64,000 nt of DNA. It comes from a virus. Its lineage: Duplodnaviria; Caudoviricetes. A program made the position numbers and the translations under genes. The stretch covers positions 186,520-250,519 of the IMG/VR virus record IMGVR_UViG_3300020360_000085, one strand, 5' to 3'. The notes below the pieces were generated by a model, which saw only the letters and a list, made by a program, of their open reading frames with translations, had not been told where the DNA came from and made no database searches. This document shows positions 1 to 8,619 of the stretch, piece by piece. Position 1 is the first letter of the stretch; each line of letters begins with the position of its first letter.

Positions 1-126
1 TACTTGTACTTCAGAATCTATGTTTGGTTGATATGCTATTAGTTTACCTGCAGAGTTTATATGGTAAATGCCATTGTTTACTTTGTACTTACCCCAATCA
101 GTAACTTCTTGTAATATCTCGATCAT
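1..126 (-). CDS. Hypothetical protein, runs off window edge (MIEILQEVTDWGKYKVNNGIYHINSAG...)
   Basis: Manually translated; ATG at 126 preceded by AAGGTAAGGAG Shine-Dalgarno and a sigma70 promoter; not in ORF track. Confidence 0.75.
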   Translation of the reverse strand, partial: MIEILQEVTDWGKYKVNNGIYHINSAGKLIAYQPNIDSEVQV

Positions 127-156
127 AATTTACTCCTTACCTTAAATTATTAGTAT

Positions 157-184
157 ATTATAGCAAATTATATGTAAAAGTCAA
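157..184 (-). promoter_or_regulatory. sigma70-type early promoter
   Basis: TTGACT-N16-TATAAT with extended TGn. Confidence 0.75.
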
Positions 185-194
185 GCAGATTTAC

Positions 195-201
195 ATAAAT
201 A
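195..201 (+). promoter_or_regulatory. T4-like late promoter motif ATAAATA
   Basis: Upstream of the 278 gene; same motif recurs upstream of many genes in the window. Confidence 0.55.
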
Positions 202-277
202 CGGGTACATCACAAACAACCCCACACAGAAATTTGCAAATTTTTATGTATATACACATAAACAACAGGAGAAATTT

Positions 278-865
278 ATGTATTATTCAGAATCAATGAT
301 TCAGATGGTCGAGGATTTACATGCTCAAGCATCTGCAATGGAGAAAGAAGTAAAGCATATGATGGAACTTGAAGGTCGTGCATTAGGTATAGAATTAGAC
401 AAAAGAAAAAGTCCAAGAGATTTATACAACGAACTTATGGAACATCAAAATGCTAAGGCAGAAGAAGAAGCAATGACATGGGCATACGTTCCATGCCAAA
501 TGGCAGAAGAAGATCCTAATTGCTATCCAGCAGATAGTTTTGATCATTCTTATGATGACCATGCTGAAGTTCATGTTGAAGAGGAAGCCTGTGTGCATGT
601 TGAAGAACATGTAATTGAAAGCGAAGCACCCGCAGATATGCCGGTAGAAGAACATGTAGAACCTGCACCAGCAGAAGAGCATGTTGAGCCTGCACCTGTA
701 GAGGAACATATGGAACCTGCTCCAGTAATGGAAGAGGCACCAATGGAAGAACATGTAGAACCTGCACCAGCAGAAGAGCATGTTGAAGCACCAGCAGTTC
801 AAGAACCAGGTTTTGACGCAAGTGCAGAAGCACCTGCAGAAGACCCTAATCAACCAGCAGGTTAA
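278..865 (+). CDS. Acidic His/Glu/Pro-rich repeat protein
   Basis: 195 aa ORF with AGGAG RBS; tandem EEH(V/M)EPAP repeats. Confidence 0.85.
   Translation: MYYSESMIQMVEDLHAQASAMEKEVKHMMELEGRALGIELDKRKSPRDLYNELMEHQNAKAEEEAMTWAYVPCQMAEEDPNCYPADSFDHSYDDHAEVHVEEEACVHVEEHVIESEAPADMPVEEHVEPAPAEEHVEPAPVEEHMEPAPVMEEAPMEEHVEPAPAEEHVEAPAVQEPGFDASAEAPAEDPNQPAG
644..793 (+). repeat. Tandem 27-nt coding repeats, including an exact 41-nt duplication (647-687 = 746-786)
   Basis: Directly visible in sequence. Confidence 0.9.
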
Positions 866-871
866 TTAGTC

Positions 872-899
872 AAAAAAAAGGCCCCGTTGAGGGGCCTTC
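872..899. terminator. Intrinsic terminator between convergent genes
   Basis: AGGCCCC-gttga-GGGGCCT hairpin with A7 tract on the left (U tract for the minus strand). Confidence 0.85.
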
Positions 900-960
900 T
901 AAAATCCGTGTGCCTTAGGTAGGGAGTAACATAGGTAGGCGCACAAGGATTTTAAACCGT

Positions 961-2073
961 TTACACGATATATTTAATGTATCTTTTACTGAAAGTCTCC
1001 CTTAACTCTTCAGTAAGATCAGTTCTTACATTAAACTTGATTTGATAGTCCTTCATAATTGTTCTAAATAAGAACACAACCATTTCAGGTTCAAAGTTAT
1101 CAAAACTAAACTTTACAATATTGTTAAGTCCTTTTTTCAACTCATCTGAGAAGACACCTTCATTTTTTTCGTATCTTTCATTAAGTTCGTATGCAAGTCC
1201 TACTACTAGTGAGTATTTTGCACTGATTTCTGAACTAACTTTATTATCCAGTTTTTTAACTTTACCATCTAATACCTGATCAGGATTTGGCAAATGTTGT
1301 GCAACTTTTCTGTGCTCAACAAATTTAATTGCCATACCTTCTCCTATAGCACCTGCAATCTCGGCTTTTTGCTCGAAATTACTAGCATTATCAAAACCAT
1401 CTGCTCCTAGCATTTCACTAACAAAAGTCCAACTTCTTGGTGTAGCGAATGCTTGGGAACTAGATTTTGCATCAAAGTCAAACAAGTCACCTTTACTGTA
1501 AGTTAAATAACCTACAACATCAGGGTGTACATTGTTATTAACCGCCCATTGTTGCCAATCATCAAAATTGACGTCCATGTTGATGTGACGGAATCTGTTT
1601 GCCAACGGTGCCGGCATACGGAAAGTTACACCTCTGTCTGTTTCACGGTTACCTGCCGCAACAATTCTTACATTATCAGGTAAAACATATTGTCCTACTT
1701 TTCTGTTAAGAACTAATTGGTAAGCCGCCGCCTGTACACTAGGAGGTGCTGAATTCAACTCATCTAGGAAAAGTACCACAGTATCAAATTCACTTGCGAA
1801 TTCCATACTAGGTAGGTCACTTGGAGGGGACCATTCCATTAAGTTGCTTTCTGGATTTCTAAAAGGATATCCTCTTAGATCAGTTGGTTCAAGAAGTGCT
1901 AAACGCATATCTATCATAGTAGCATTACCTATTTCGCCACTATTAACAATTTGTTCAACAAGTTCTGATTTGCCTATTCCTGGTGCTCCCCAGATAAAAA
2001 TAGGCCTGTTTACTTGAAGTGCCCTCTTAATGATAGGCTTTACTTCAGTTGCTCTAGTTTTTAAAGTTTCCAT
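961..2073 (-). CDS. MoxR-like AAA+ ATPase
   Basis: Walker A GAPGIGKS, Walker B FLDELN, AAGN sensor, ANRF arginine finger, TPRSW motif. Confidence 0.9.
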   Translation of the reverse strand: METLKTRATEVKPIIKRALQVNRPIFIWGAPGIGKSELVEQIVNSGEIGNATMIDMRLALLEPTDLRGYPFRNPESNLMEWSPPSDLPSMEFASEFDTVVLFLDELNSAPPSVQAAAYQLVLNRKVGQYVLPDNVRIVAAGNRETDRGVTFRMPAPLANRFRHINMDVNFDDWQQWAVNNNVHPDVVGYLTYSKGDLFDFDAKSSSQAFATPRSWTFVSEMLGADGFDNASNFEQKAEIAGAIGEGMAIKFVEHRKVAQHLPNPDQVLDGKVKKLDNKVSSEISAKYSLVVGLAYELNERYEKNEGVFSDELKKGLNNIVKFSFDNFEPEMVVFLFRTIMKDYQIKFNVRTDLTEELRETFSKRYIKYIV

Positions 2074-2103
2074 AATTTACTCCTTACCTTAAATTATGTA
2101 TAT

Positions 2104-2131
2104 ATAATAGCACAAAAATAGGTCTTGTCAA
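2104..2131 (-). promoter_or_regulatory. sigma70-type early promoter
   Basis: TTGACA-N16-TATTAT with TGC extension. Confidence 0.7.
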
Positions 2132-2160
2132 CACTTTTTTTAACTTTTTTTTAACTTTTT

Positions 2161-2649
2161 TTACTGAATTATGTCGATAAACGATTCTATATCGTTTCCA
2201 TTGAGTTTATACCAACTAGCATCTTCGCGATTATAGAGAACCATTTTTTTCTTAGTAAAATAGTAAGGCCATTGCATTTGATTATCTAAAACAAGATACA
2301 TTCTGGGTGTAGGCATAATAGAATGATTAAATTCAAAATATTCAAAATTACGTTTTAGTAATTCATTACCTAAATGTGTAAGTCTTAAACCTTGTGGCTG
2401 TCCTCTACGAACTCTGAAATTTTGAAATATTTTATATCCTAACTTGTCTTTGGGTATAGATTTAAATACTTCATAATGTTTACTATTTTTAGGAATGCCT
2501 GGTATTCTAGATGAATTTTTAAGTAACCCTTCTTTGATAATTTTGTAAATTGTGTCTATTACTTTATATTGTAACGGTTGTTCACTTTTTGAGTTCATCT
2601 TCAGAGACTTCAGGTCCTTTGACCATTTGACAAACTTTAAAATCATCAC
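2161..2649 (-). CDS. Hypothetical protein (true start probably near 2598)
   Basis: ORF track; 5' end overlaps next gene. Confidence 0.7.
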   Translation of the reverse strand: MMILKFVKWSKDLKSLKMNSKSEQPLQYKVIDTIYKIIKEGLLKNSSRIPGIPKNSKHYEVFKSIPKDKLGYKIFQNFRVRRGQPQGLRLTHLGNELLKRNFEYFEFNHSIMPTPRMYLVLDNQMQWPYYFTKKKMVLYNREDASWYKLNGNDIESFIDIIQ

Positions 2650-2884
2650 AAGAAAAAATATTATTAAGTCTTTCTGCTAGATTAAAGGCATGTCCAGGAT
2701 TACTAAATGAAACTTTTTTGTATTTAGGGCCAGGATAACTTACTAACGTATGTAATGTTCTTAAATTGATAGGTGTGTCTTTATAGAATACACTAAAAAT
2801 CGCACTTGCTTCTAGCACTTGTTCTGCCTTGTAAGTTTGTTTATTAATTGCTTCTAGCAATACTGTTGGTTTAGGTCTGCTCAT
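2582..2884 (-). CDS. Hypothetical phage protein (MSRPKP...YPGPKYKKVSFSNPGHA)
   Basis: ORF with GGAG RBS and upstream GATAAATA motif. Confidence 0.8.
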   Translation of the reverse strand: MSRPKPTVLLEAINKQTYKAEQVLEASAIFSVFYKDTPINLRTLHTLVSYPGPKYKKVSFSNPGHAFNLAERLNNIFSCDDFKVCQMVKGPEVSEDELKK

Positions 2885-2942
2885 GTGTATAGTCTCCTAT
2901 ACACTTATTTATCTTATTTTGCTATTAAAACTGTTGTTAATA

Positions 2943-3176
2943 TTAGGAATCTTGCTTATCAACAAGTGCTTTAAACTCAGTAAAACCGCCTATTGATTGC
3001 CCTTCAACAACGATTTGAGGGAATGTTCTTGCAGTAGGAAATTTTTCCATTAATTCTTCTCTTGTAAAATCATCAAAAAGCATTTTATAAGTGTAATCGA
3101 ATCCTTTTTGTTCACATACAGCCTTGGCCATATCACAATAAGGACATTCAGGTTTGCTCCAAATTTCTACTTTCAT
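2943..3176 (-). CDS. grx: Glutaredoxin
   Basis: CPYC active site, TFPQI and IGGF motifs. Confidence 0.95.
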   Translation of the reverse strand: MKVEIWSKPECPYCDMAKAVCEQKGFDYTYKMLFDDFTREELMEKFPTARTFPQIVVEGQSIGGFTEFKALVDKQDS

Positions 3177-3180
3177 ATTA

Positions 3181-3453
3181 TTATTTATTATATTCTATTA
3201 ATAGTTTTACATTAATTAGATCTGTTTCTAATTCAAATGAGAGATAACAATTTTGATTTTCATACCAGTCATCTCTGGTGTAATCCATATCTTTATGAGG
3301 TCTAAAATGCCAACCCCATTTACCTTCGCATAATTTATGAATTTGTGGTATTAAACTTCCAGATAATCCGTATGTTCTAGTTTTTATTTGATGTTTAAAT
3401 ATGTGATTATAACCGTAACCGTCTGGTAGTTCTAATTCGCTATACTTAGTCAC
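3181..3453 (-). CDS. Hypothetical protein
   Basis: ORF track, operon-packed. Confidence 0.7.
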   Translation of the reverse strand: MTKYSELELPDGYGYNHIFKHQIKTRTYGLSGSLIPQIHKLCEGKWGWHFRPHKDMDYTRDDWYENQNCYLSFELETDLINVKLLIEYNK

Positions 3454-3967
3454 TATGCTTTCTTAATTCTTTATTTAGAAGTTTAAGTGCTTGTCTGCAT
3501 TCTATTTCTGTTTTATAAGGTCCTTCAAAACCATAATTTACAATAGTAGAATACTTAGGCCCATTTGCATGTTTCCAGCCTTTATCAAACTTAATACAAT
3601 ACCAACCTGCCGCATAATAGATATCGCTATCTGATGTTTTACTAAACAAAGGTACGTCTGGATTGTAATCTGGGTGCCCAAAGTCTATAGGATACGGATT
3701 GGGATAATCAACTTTATGTCCTTTAATATAAAATTCTTCTATAAAGTTTTCAGGCATTTCAATTTGTTCACTAAACAAGTTTACATTACCAAAATAATCA
3801 GTAACTTCTTGTTCATCGTTTAGAGCAACAAATTCTTTACCTGTTATATAGAAATAATGTTCCTGTATATCCTTATTTAAAATACCTAATTTTCTTGGTC
3901 CTTGTCTTACAAGCCAAGCAACGTCAGATATTTGTTGTAATTGTGCTTTATTTTTTAATTTAGTCAT
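3446..3967 (-). CDS. Hypothetical protein
   Basis: ORF track, overlapping neighbours. Confidence 0.75.
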   Translation of the reverse strand: MTKLKNKAQLQQISDVAWLVRQGPRKLGILNKDIQEHYFYITGKEFVALNDEQEVTDYFGNVNLFSEQIEMPENFIEEFYIKGHKVDYPNPYPIDFGHPDYNPDVPLFSKTSDSDIYYAAGWYCIKFDKGWKHANGPKYSTIVNYGFEGPYKTEIECRQALKLLNKELRKHSD

Positions 3968-4196
3968 GTGTTATCTCCTGTGTTCCGTAGTCCCTATCAA
4001 CGGCAACTACTGTTCCGTCTATAGAATATAATTGTTTAATAGGCTGTCCTTTTATATCTTTAAAATGTTCAGGACAGACATCTGTTCTCATCGCTCTATA
4101 AACACGATTGCCACCATCTGGACTAGTATAAATCCAAAATGGATTCGAAGGCCAATCGTCTGTTAATCTTTTAACTGCTCTATCTAACTTGTCCAT
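3960..4196 (-). CDS. Hypothetical protein
   Basis: ORF track. Confidence 0.7.
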   Translation of the reverse strand: MDKLDRAVKRLTDDWPSNPFWIYTSPDGGNRVYRAMRTDVCPEHFKDIKGQPIKQLYSIDGTVVAVDRDYGTQEITHD

Positions 4197-5172
4197 TTAA
4201 AAACTCAGCATAGGCAGTTGCGTCATCGCTCATTCTTTGTAAGTTCCATTTAGAACAGAACTTCATAAAATGTATTCCGACTTGTGTAGCAGGTTCCTTG
4301 TTTACTGCATTAGCAACTATTTGTCTTGCTTCTGCTTTTATTTCATCAGGTTGTGCTGTTAAGTCTATTAATATTTTATTTCTTTCGAAATCGTCTTTTA
4401 CTCTATGTTCAACTTCTTCATGATCTACCCATCTTTGTAACATAAAGTTATTGTAATTAAACCCGCCAGTATTTCTATCATTATATGCTTCTAGTATTCC
4501 TGTTTTGTTTTTTGTGCCTTTACTTCTTGCACCTGGATAGGCACTAAATACGTTATCTGAACTATCTCCCCTAACACATTTTTCAAATAAAACAAATTCA
4601 GGATCTATTGCTTTTTTAGGTTCATTTGTTTTTTTATCTATAACAGTCTCTCCTGTTTTAGCATTTTTAAATCCATCTAAACTAACTATTTGATCAGTAG
4701 TACCATTATATTGTATTACATTATCATCTAATAATTGATAAAAATCACTATCTGTACTTATAATTACATGTTTGTCTTCTGGGTGTTGTTGTATCCATGT
4801 AGCAATTAAGTCATCTGCTTCTGCATTAGACTGTTGTATGACACTACAATTTGTTTTAGCATTAAAAAACTGTATCATATCATCATATGCTTCAAAAAAT
4901 AGTTCATCGTCTTCCATTTGCTTGGGTGTACGTTGGTCCATTGTAACTTTTCTGTTTGCTTTATAAGGCTTGTAAAAGTCTTTTCTCCAACTTCTGCCTT
5001 CTAAACACATTACAACATGATCTCCTTCAAACTCACGCCATACTTTTTTAATACTATTAAACATAATATGCATAGCCATACCCACTCGCATATCTATATC
5101 TTTACCACCCCCAACATGTTTTGCTCTCATAAACATATTAAGGCTATCTACTAAAATATAAGTCTTACTCAT
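4180..5172 (-). CDS. rnh: T4-like RNase H / 5'-3' exonuclease (FEN family)
   Basis: ILVDS, EADDLIA, STDSDFYQL and GDSSDN acidic motifs. Confidence 0.9.
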   Translation of the reverse strand: MSKTYILVDSLNMFMRAKHVGGGKDIDMRVGMAMHIMFNSIKKVWREFEGDHVVMCLEGRSWRKDFYKPYKANRKVTMDQRTPKQMEDDELFFEAYDDMIQFFNAKTNCSVIQQSNAEADDLIATWIQQHPEDKHVIISTDSDFYQLLDDNVIQYNGTTDQIVSLDGFKNAKTGETVIDKKTNEPKKAIDPEFVLFEKCVRGDSSDNVFSAYPGARSKGTKNKTGILEAYNDRNTGGFNYNNFMLQRWVDHEEVEHRVKDDFERNKILIDLTAQPDEIKAEARQIVANAVNKEPATQVGIHFMKFCSKWNLQRMSDDATAYAEFLNGQVR

Positions 5173-5178
5173 AGTCTA

Positions 5179-5436
5179 TTATAATTCCTTCGTATTAATG
5201 CCCAAGTCTTCATTTATTATAGCATCAAAAGGAGATTCTTTCAAGTTTTTTTCACGTTTTTCTTCAAAGTTTCTTTTTAAATCGTATGTTAAATACTTTG
5301 AATAGTTTTCTAATACATATCCAATCTCTTGTGAACTCATATCTTCTATAACTTCTTTTATAACAAAGTCTAACTTTGCAGATAATTCTGCAAGTTTAAT
5401 CTTCGCTGTTGTTTCCAGATTGTTTGATGACGACAT
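5179..5436 (-). CDS. Hypothetical protein
   Basis: ORF track. Confidence 0.65.
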   Translation of the reverse strand: MSSSNNLETTAKIKLAELSAKLDFVIKEVIEDMSSQEIGYVLENYSKYLTYDLKRNFEEKREKNLKESPFDAIINEDLGINTKEL

Positions 5437-5914
5437 CTTGTCCTTCCATTTGCATATCTTCTTGTAGACCGTAATCTTGGTCCGCCATTTCTTGTACTAA
5501 AACAGTTCTGCAAACATCATTAAACCATTTGTTTACTACTGCTTCATCACTTTCACCTGTATAGCCATTACTATGTAAAAACTTAACAAAGTGATCGTTC
5601 CAATCAAGTTCCATATATCCTGCTTTTGCATTTTCAGGATTTACATCTAATTTAAGAACATTAACATAAGGTTGTTCCTTTAATTCAGCAACTTTTTTGT
5701 CGAACTCATATTGTCCAATTTTTCCATTTTTAAGTTGAACTTCTAATTTTGCAAGTTCTTTATCGCTATCAGAGTCAGCATTTATTTCTGCTAACATTTC
5801 CTCAAGTTCATCTCCTTCATAATAATATTCTGCTTCTGCTATTGCACGAGTCTTACCACTAAGACCCCAACTGGCAGGCATCATACTAAATGGAAGTTTA
5901 GTTTTCTTTGCCAT
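5396..5914 (-). CDS. Hypothetical phage protein
   Basis: ORF track, RBS. Confidence 0.75.
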   Translation of the reverse strand: MAKKTKLPFSMMPASWGLSGKTRAIAEAEYYYEGDELEEMLAEINADSDSDKELAKLEVQLKNGKIGQYEFDKKVAELKEQPYVNVLKLDVNPENAKAGYMELDWNDHFVKFLHSNGYTGESDEAVVNKWFNDVCRTVLVQEMADQDYGLQEDMQMEGQDVVIKQSGNNSED

Positions 5915-5915
5915 A

Positions 5916-6524
5916 TTAACCTCTTATATCCTCTATATTTTCTACTTTAGGTACTTCAATAACTTTCTTTTGGATACCTACAATAGAACAAATCCTATTC
6001 TGTAAATCCCAATCTTGTAGTTTCTTTTCAACATCTTCTCTAGTTAAAGATTCTTTTAACTTAGGATTACCAAAATTATGAAAAGGATCTCTATATGTAA
6101 GAGCAAAATCTCCTACATTTAAAGCACCGTCACCTTTAGTCTGCCATTGAAAAGTATCTATTGGTGTCAGTTTACAATCTACTAAAATTGTATATGTAAC
6201 ATTGTCTACATATAATTCTAACGAACTTTCATTAAGAATTTTTTCTGTTACTTTCTTTATACCTTTGATTTGAATATCTAACTGTCTAAGACCCAATGCT
6301 TTATAGTCCATATCTTCATTAGGTATATCTGATTGATAAACTGGCAAACCATCATGTGTATATCCTACAATACCATCATTTGCCATATCAATATTAGCCT
6401 TTTGCCTTTCATAATTATCATCATCATGATCTGCAAATGCTAATAAAGTCATAAGTGCGGCACCCATTAATAATGTAGTTAATAGTGCCCATGGACTTTT
6501 AATATCTAAGTTTATTTTATTCAT
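5916..6524 (-). CDS. Secreted or membrane-anchored hypothetical protein
   Basis: N-terminal hydrophobic segment ending in AFA; AAGGAG RBS. Confidence 0.7.
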   Translation of the reverse strand: MNKINLDIKSPWALLTTLLMGAALMTLLAFADHDDDNYERQKANIDMANDGIVGYTHDGLPVYQSDIPNEDMDYKALGLRQLDIQIKGIKKVTEKILNESSLELYVDNVTYTILVDCKLTPIDTFQWQTKGDGALNVGDFALTYRDPFHNFGNPKLKESLTREDVEKKLQDWDLQNRICSIVGIQKKVIEVPKVENIEDIRG

Positions 6525-6533
6525 ATTTTCTCC

Positions 6534-7421
6534 TTATTTTCCGATTGCATTACCGTATATGTGTACATGTACTCTACTTGTATAGTAGTAACCACGTTTA
6601 ATGGCTTCATCGGCAATAGTGGCCTCAGTTTGTATGAGACCTTCAAATGTTCCACCTACTCCCATAATCCATACAGGAAAGTTGCAACCGGCGTCACGGA
6701 ACATTCTAGTGTTTTCTTCCACTTCCCTCCAACTTTCATCTGTGCCATTAACAACAAACTTTAGTTGACCGTGTGGACTAATTTCTGCGTATCTCCCTAT
6801 AACATCAGGCTTTATTGCTTTTTTAGATTGCTCTCCAGCAGTTGCCCATAGTTTAGGGGATAAACTCCAATACCATTCCCTAGTACCATCATATGTAAAC
6901 CATGCAATATAATCTTCTAGTTCTTGTGTAATAGGTCTAGTACCATTAGTTTCTATAGTCACATAGTTAGGCATATTTTCTCTTCTTTGGAACTCTTCTA
7001 ATACTCCAATCATTGCTGGTTGTGTATTTTTAAGCATAGGCTCTCCGCCTGTAAATACCATGTGAGTTTCTTGTCCTGTATCTGGATGTATAAATTTACC
7101 TTTAGGTAAATGAGCAGTAAGTTCATCACATGCTTCTTCTACAGTTTTATCTGTTATTAAATGGCTATATTTTTTTGCCCATGTATATGAACTATCACAG
7201 CCTTTATCAAAAACAGGTAAATCAAATACATTTGTAATATCTGTAATGTCTAGTTTTTCATAAGGTAATTCATATGTACTAGGATCTGTAGGATCTTTTT
7301 GTCCAAAACCATTACATTGTAAATTACATAGAAAAAATCTCATCCAAAGACTAGGAATACCGACATATTTGCCTTCTCCTTGTGCTGAATAAAATGTTTC
7401 GCTATATTTTACTGTTGTCAT
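6534..7421 (-). CDS. queE: 7-carboxy-7-deazaguanine synthase (radical SAM)
   Basis: SETFYSAQGEG, CNLQCNGF cluster motif, CD(S/T) motif, FTGGEP, IETNGT, HVHIYG C-terminus. Confidence 0.93.
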   Translation of the reverse strand: MTTVKYSETFYSAQGEGKYVGIPSLWMRFFLCNLQCNGFGQKDPTDPSTYELPYEKLDITDITNVFDLPVFDKGCDSSYTWAKKYSHLITDKTVEEACDELTAHLPKGKFIHPDTGQETHMVFTGGEPMLKNTQPAMIGVLEEFQRRENMPNYVTIETNGTRPITQELEDYIAWFTYDGTREWYWSLSPKLWATAGEQSKKAIKPDVIGRYAEISPHGQLKFVVNGTDESWREVEENTRMFRDAGCNFPVWIMGVGGTFEGLIQTEATIADEAIKRGYYYTSRVHVHIYGNAIGK

Positions 7422-7917
7422 CTTCTTTTAAAAATTTTAAAATAGTACCTGGTTCTATATCAGGAACCGCATTACTAATAGCACTATTTACAATACTATG
7501 TATATCACTTACTTCCTCTAAAAGGTTATCCCCATTTACTTTGTCTTCATAAGATTCAATAGCAAGTGTTCTAAAACCTATTTCATATAAATCACTTATG
7601 TCTGTAATATTTATGTTCGTATTTCTTCCCATTTGCAACACTTTTAAAAAAATTGTATCTGCAATACTAGTGGTTGCTAAAGTAATTTCTTGATTATCAA
7701 CAGACTGATTTACAACAACCAATCTATCATGTACGCCTATTGTATCATGATCTGCAACTGCATCTAAACACTCAAAAATTTCTTCAACAGAGACAGGAAA
7801 CCTTTTTTGTATTACATCTACTGGATTTCTGTCTAAAATAGAATCAGTAATATTTCTTACAGGAACCTTTAATGCTCCTATAACAAGTGTGCCATTTAGA
7901 TTACTAATATTACTCAT
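7402..7917 (-). CDS. Hypothetical protein with DUF433-like HTH N-terminus
   Basis: VIGALKVPVRNI...FPVSVEEIFECL resembles the DUF433 pattern (by eye). Confidence 0.45.
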   Translation of the reverse strand: MSNISNLNGTLVIGALKVPVRNITDSILDRNPVDVIQKRFPVSVEEIFECLDAVADHDTIGVHDRLVVVNQSVDNQEITLATTSIADTIFLKVLQMGRNTNINITDISDLYEIGFRTLAIESYEDKVNGDNLLEEVSDIHSIVNSAISNAVPDIEPGTILKFLKEDDNSKI

Positions 7918-8607
7918 TTATTTTCCACATGAGAATTCTTGTTGTAGTTTAATATTATCAAAAAATTCTTTCTTAGTTGAGGCGTCGTCCATAAATCTGC
8001 CTTCTAATACTGTAGTTTGTGTTAAACTGCTATGTGCCATAACACCTCTGTTCTCTACGCAACCATGTGTTGCTTGTACATAAACACCTACATCATTACT
8101 GCCTGTTGCTTTCATAATCTCTCTAGCAATATCAGTAGCAAGTTCTTCTTGTAAAGTACCTCTACTAGCACACCATTGTGCTATTCTAGTATATTTAGAC
8201 AAACCAATAAGTTTTGCCCCTGCAATGATGCCAATATACGCCGTTCCTTTAACTGTTTGATGATGATGCGAACACATACTAGTAAGTTCACTTCTTACTA
8301 CAAGCATACCTTTATATGCTTCTTCTGTATCATTAGGAAATGCAGTAGCCTTAGGCATTGGCTCATATCTACCAGACATAAGTTCATTGATGTACATTTT
8401 TGCAAGACGCCTTCCTGTGTCCATACTGTTAGGATCATTTTCAGTATCTATAACTAAGCCTTTAAGAACATCTTCAAATTTTACTGATAGTTCTTCAATT
8501 AGTGCTTCTTTGTCTCCAGGTTCAATAAATTCACTAATATTATCTCCTGCCCAAAACTTTGCACCTGCTTCTTGTAGTCTTGCTCTTATTTCATCACTTT
8601 TGGCCAT
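7918..8607 (-). CDS. folE: GTP cyclohydrolase I
   Basis: DTGRRLAKMY, SMCSHH, GLSKYTR, LQEEL, HGCVENRG Zn-ligand motifs. Confidence 0.95.
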   Translation of the reverse strand: MAKSDEIRARLQEAGAKFWAGDNISEFIEPGDKEALIEELSVKFEDVLKGLVIDTENDPNSMDTGRRLAKMYINELMSGRYEPMPKATAFPNDTEEAYKGMLVVRSELTSMCSHHHQTVKGTAYIGIIAGAKLIGLSKYTRIAQWCASRGTLQEELATDIAREIMKATGSNDVGVYVQATHGCVENRGVMAHSSLTQTTVLEGRFMDDASTKKEFFDNIKLQQEFSCGK

Positions 8608-8619
8608 TAAAAAGGTCTC

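Noticed and set aside
422-853. Antisense ORFs over the repeat gene, and many plus-strand ORFs opposite long minus-strand genes (for example 31053-31505, 35853-36905)
   Set aside because: Shadow frames of real genes with biased codons; no RBS or family motifs.
2132-2162. Repeated T-tract units (TTTTTTTAAC)
   Set aside because: Low-complexity A-tracts upstream of a -35 box; consistent with an UP element or terminator tail rather than a distinct repeat system.
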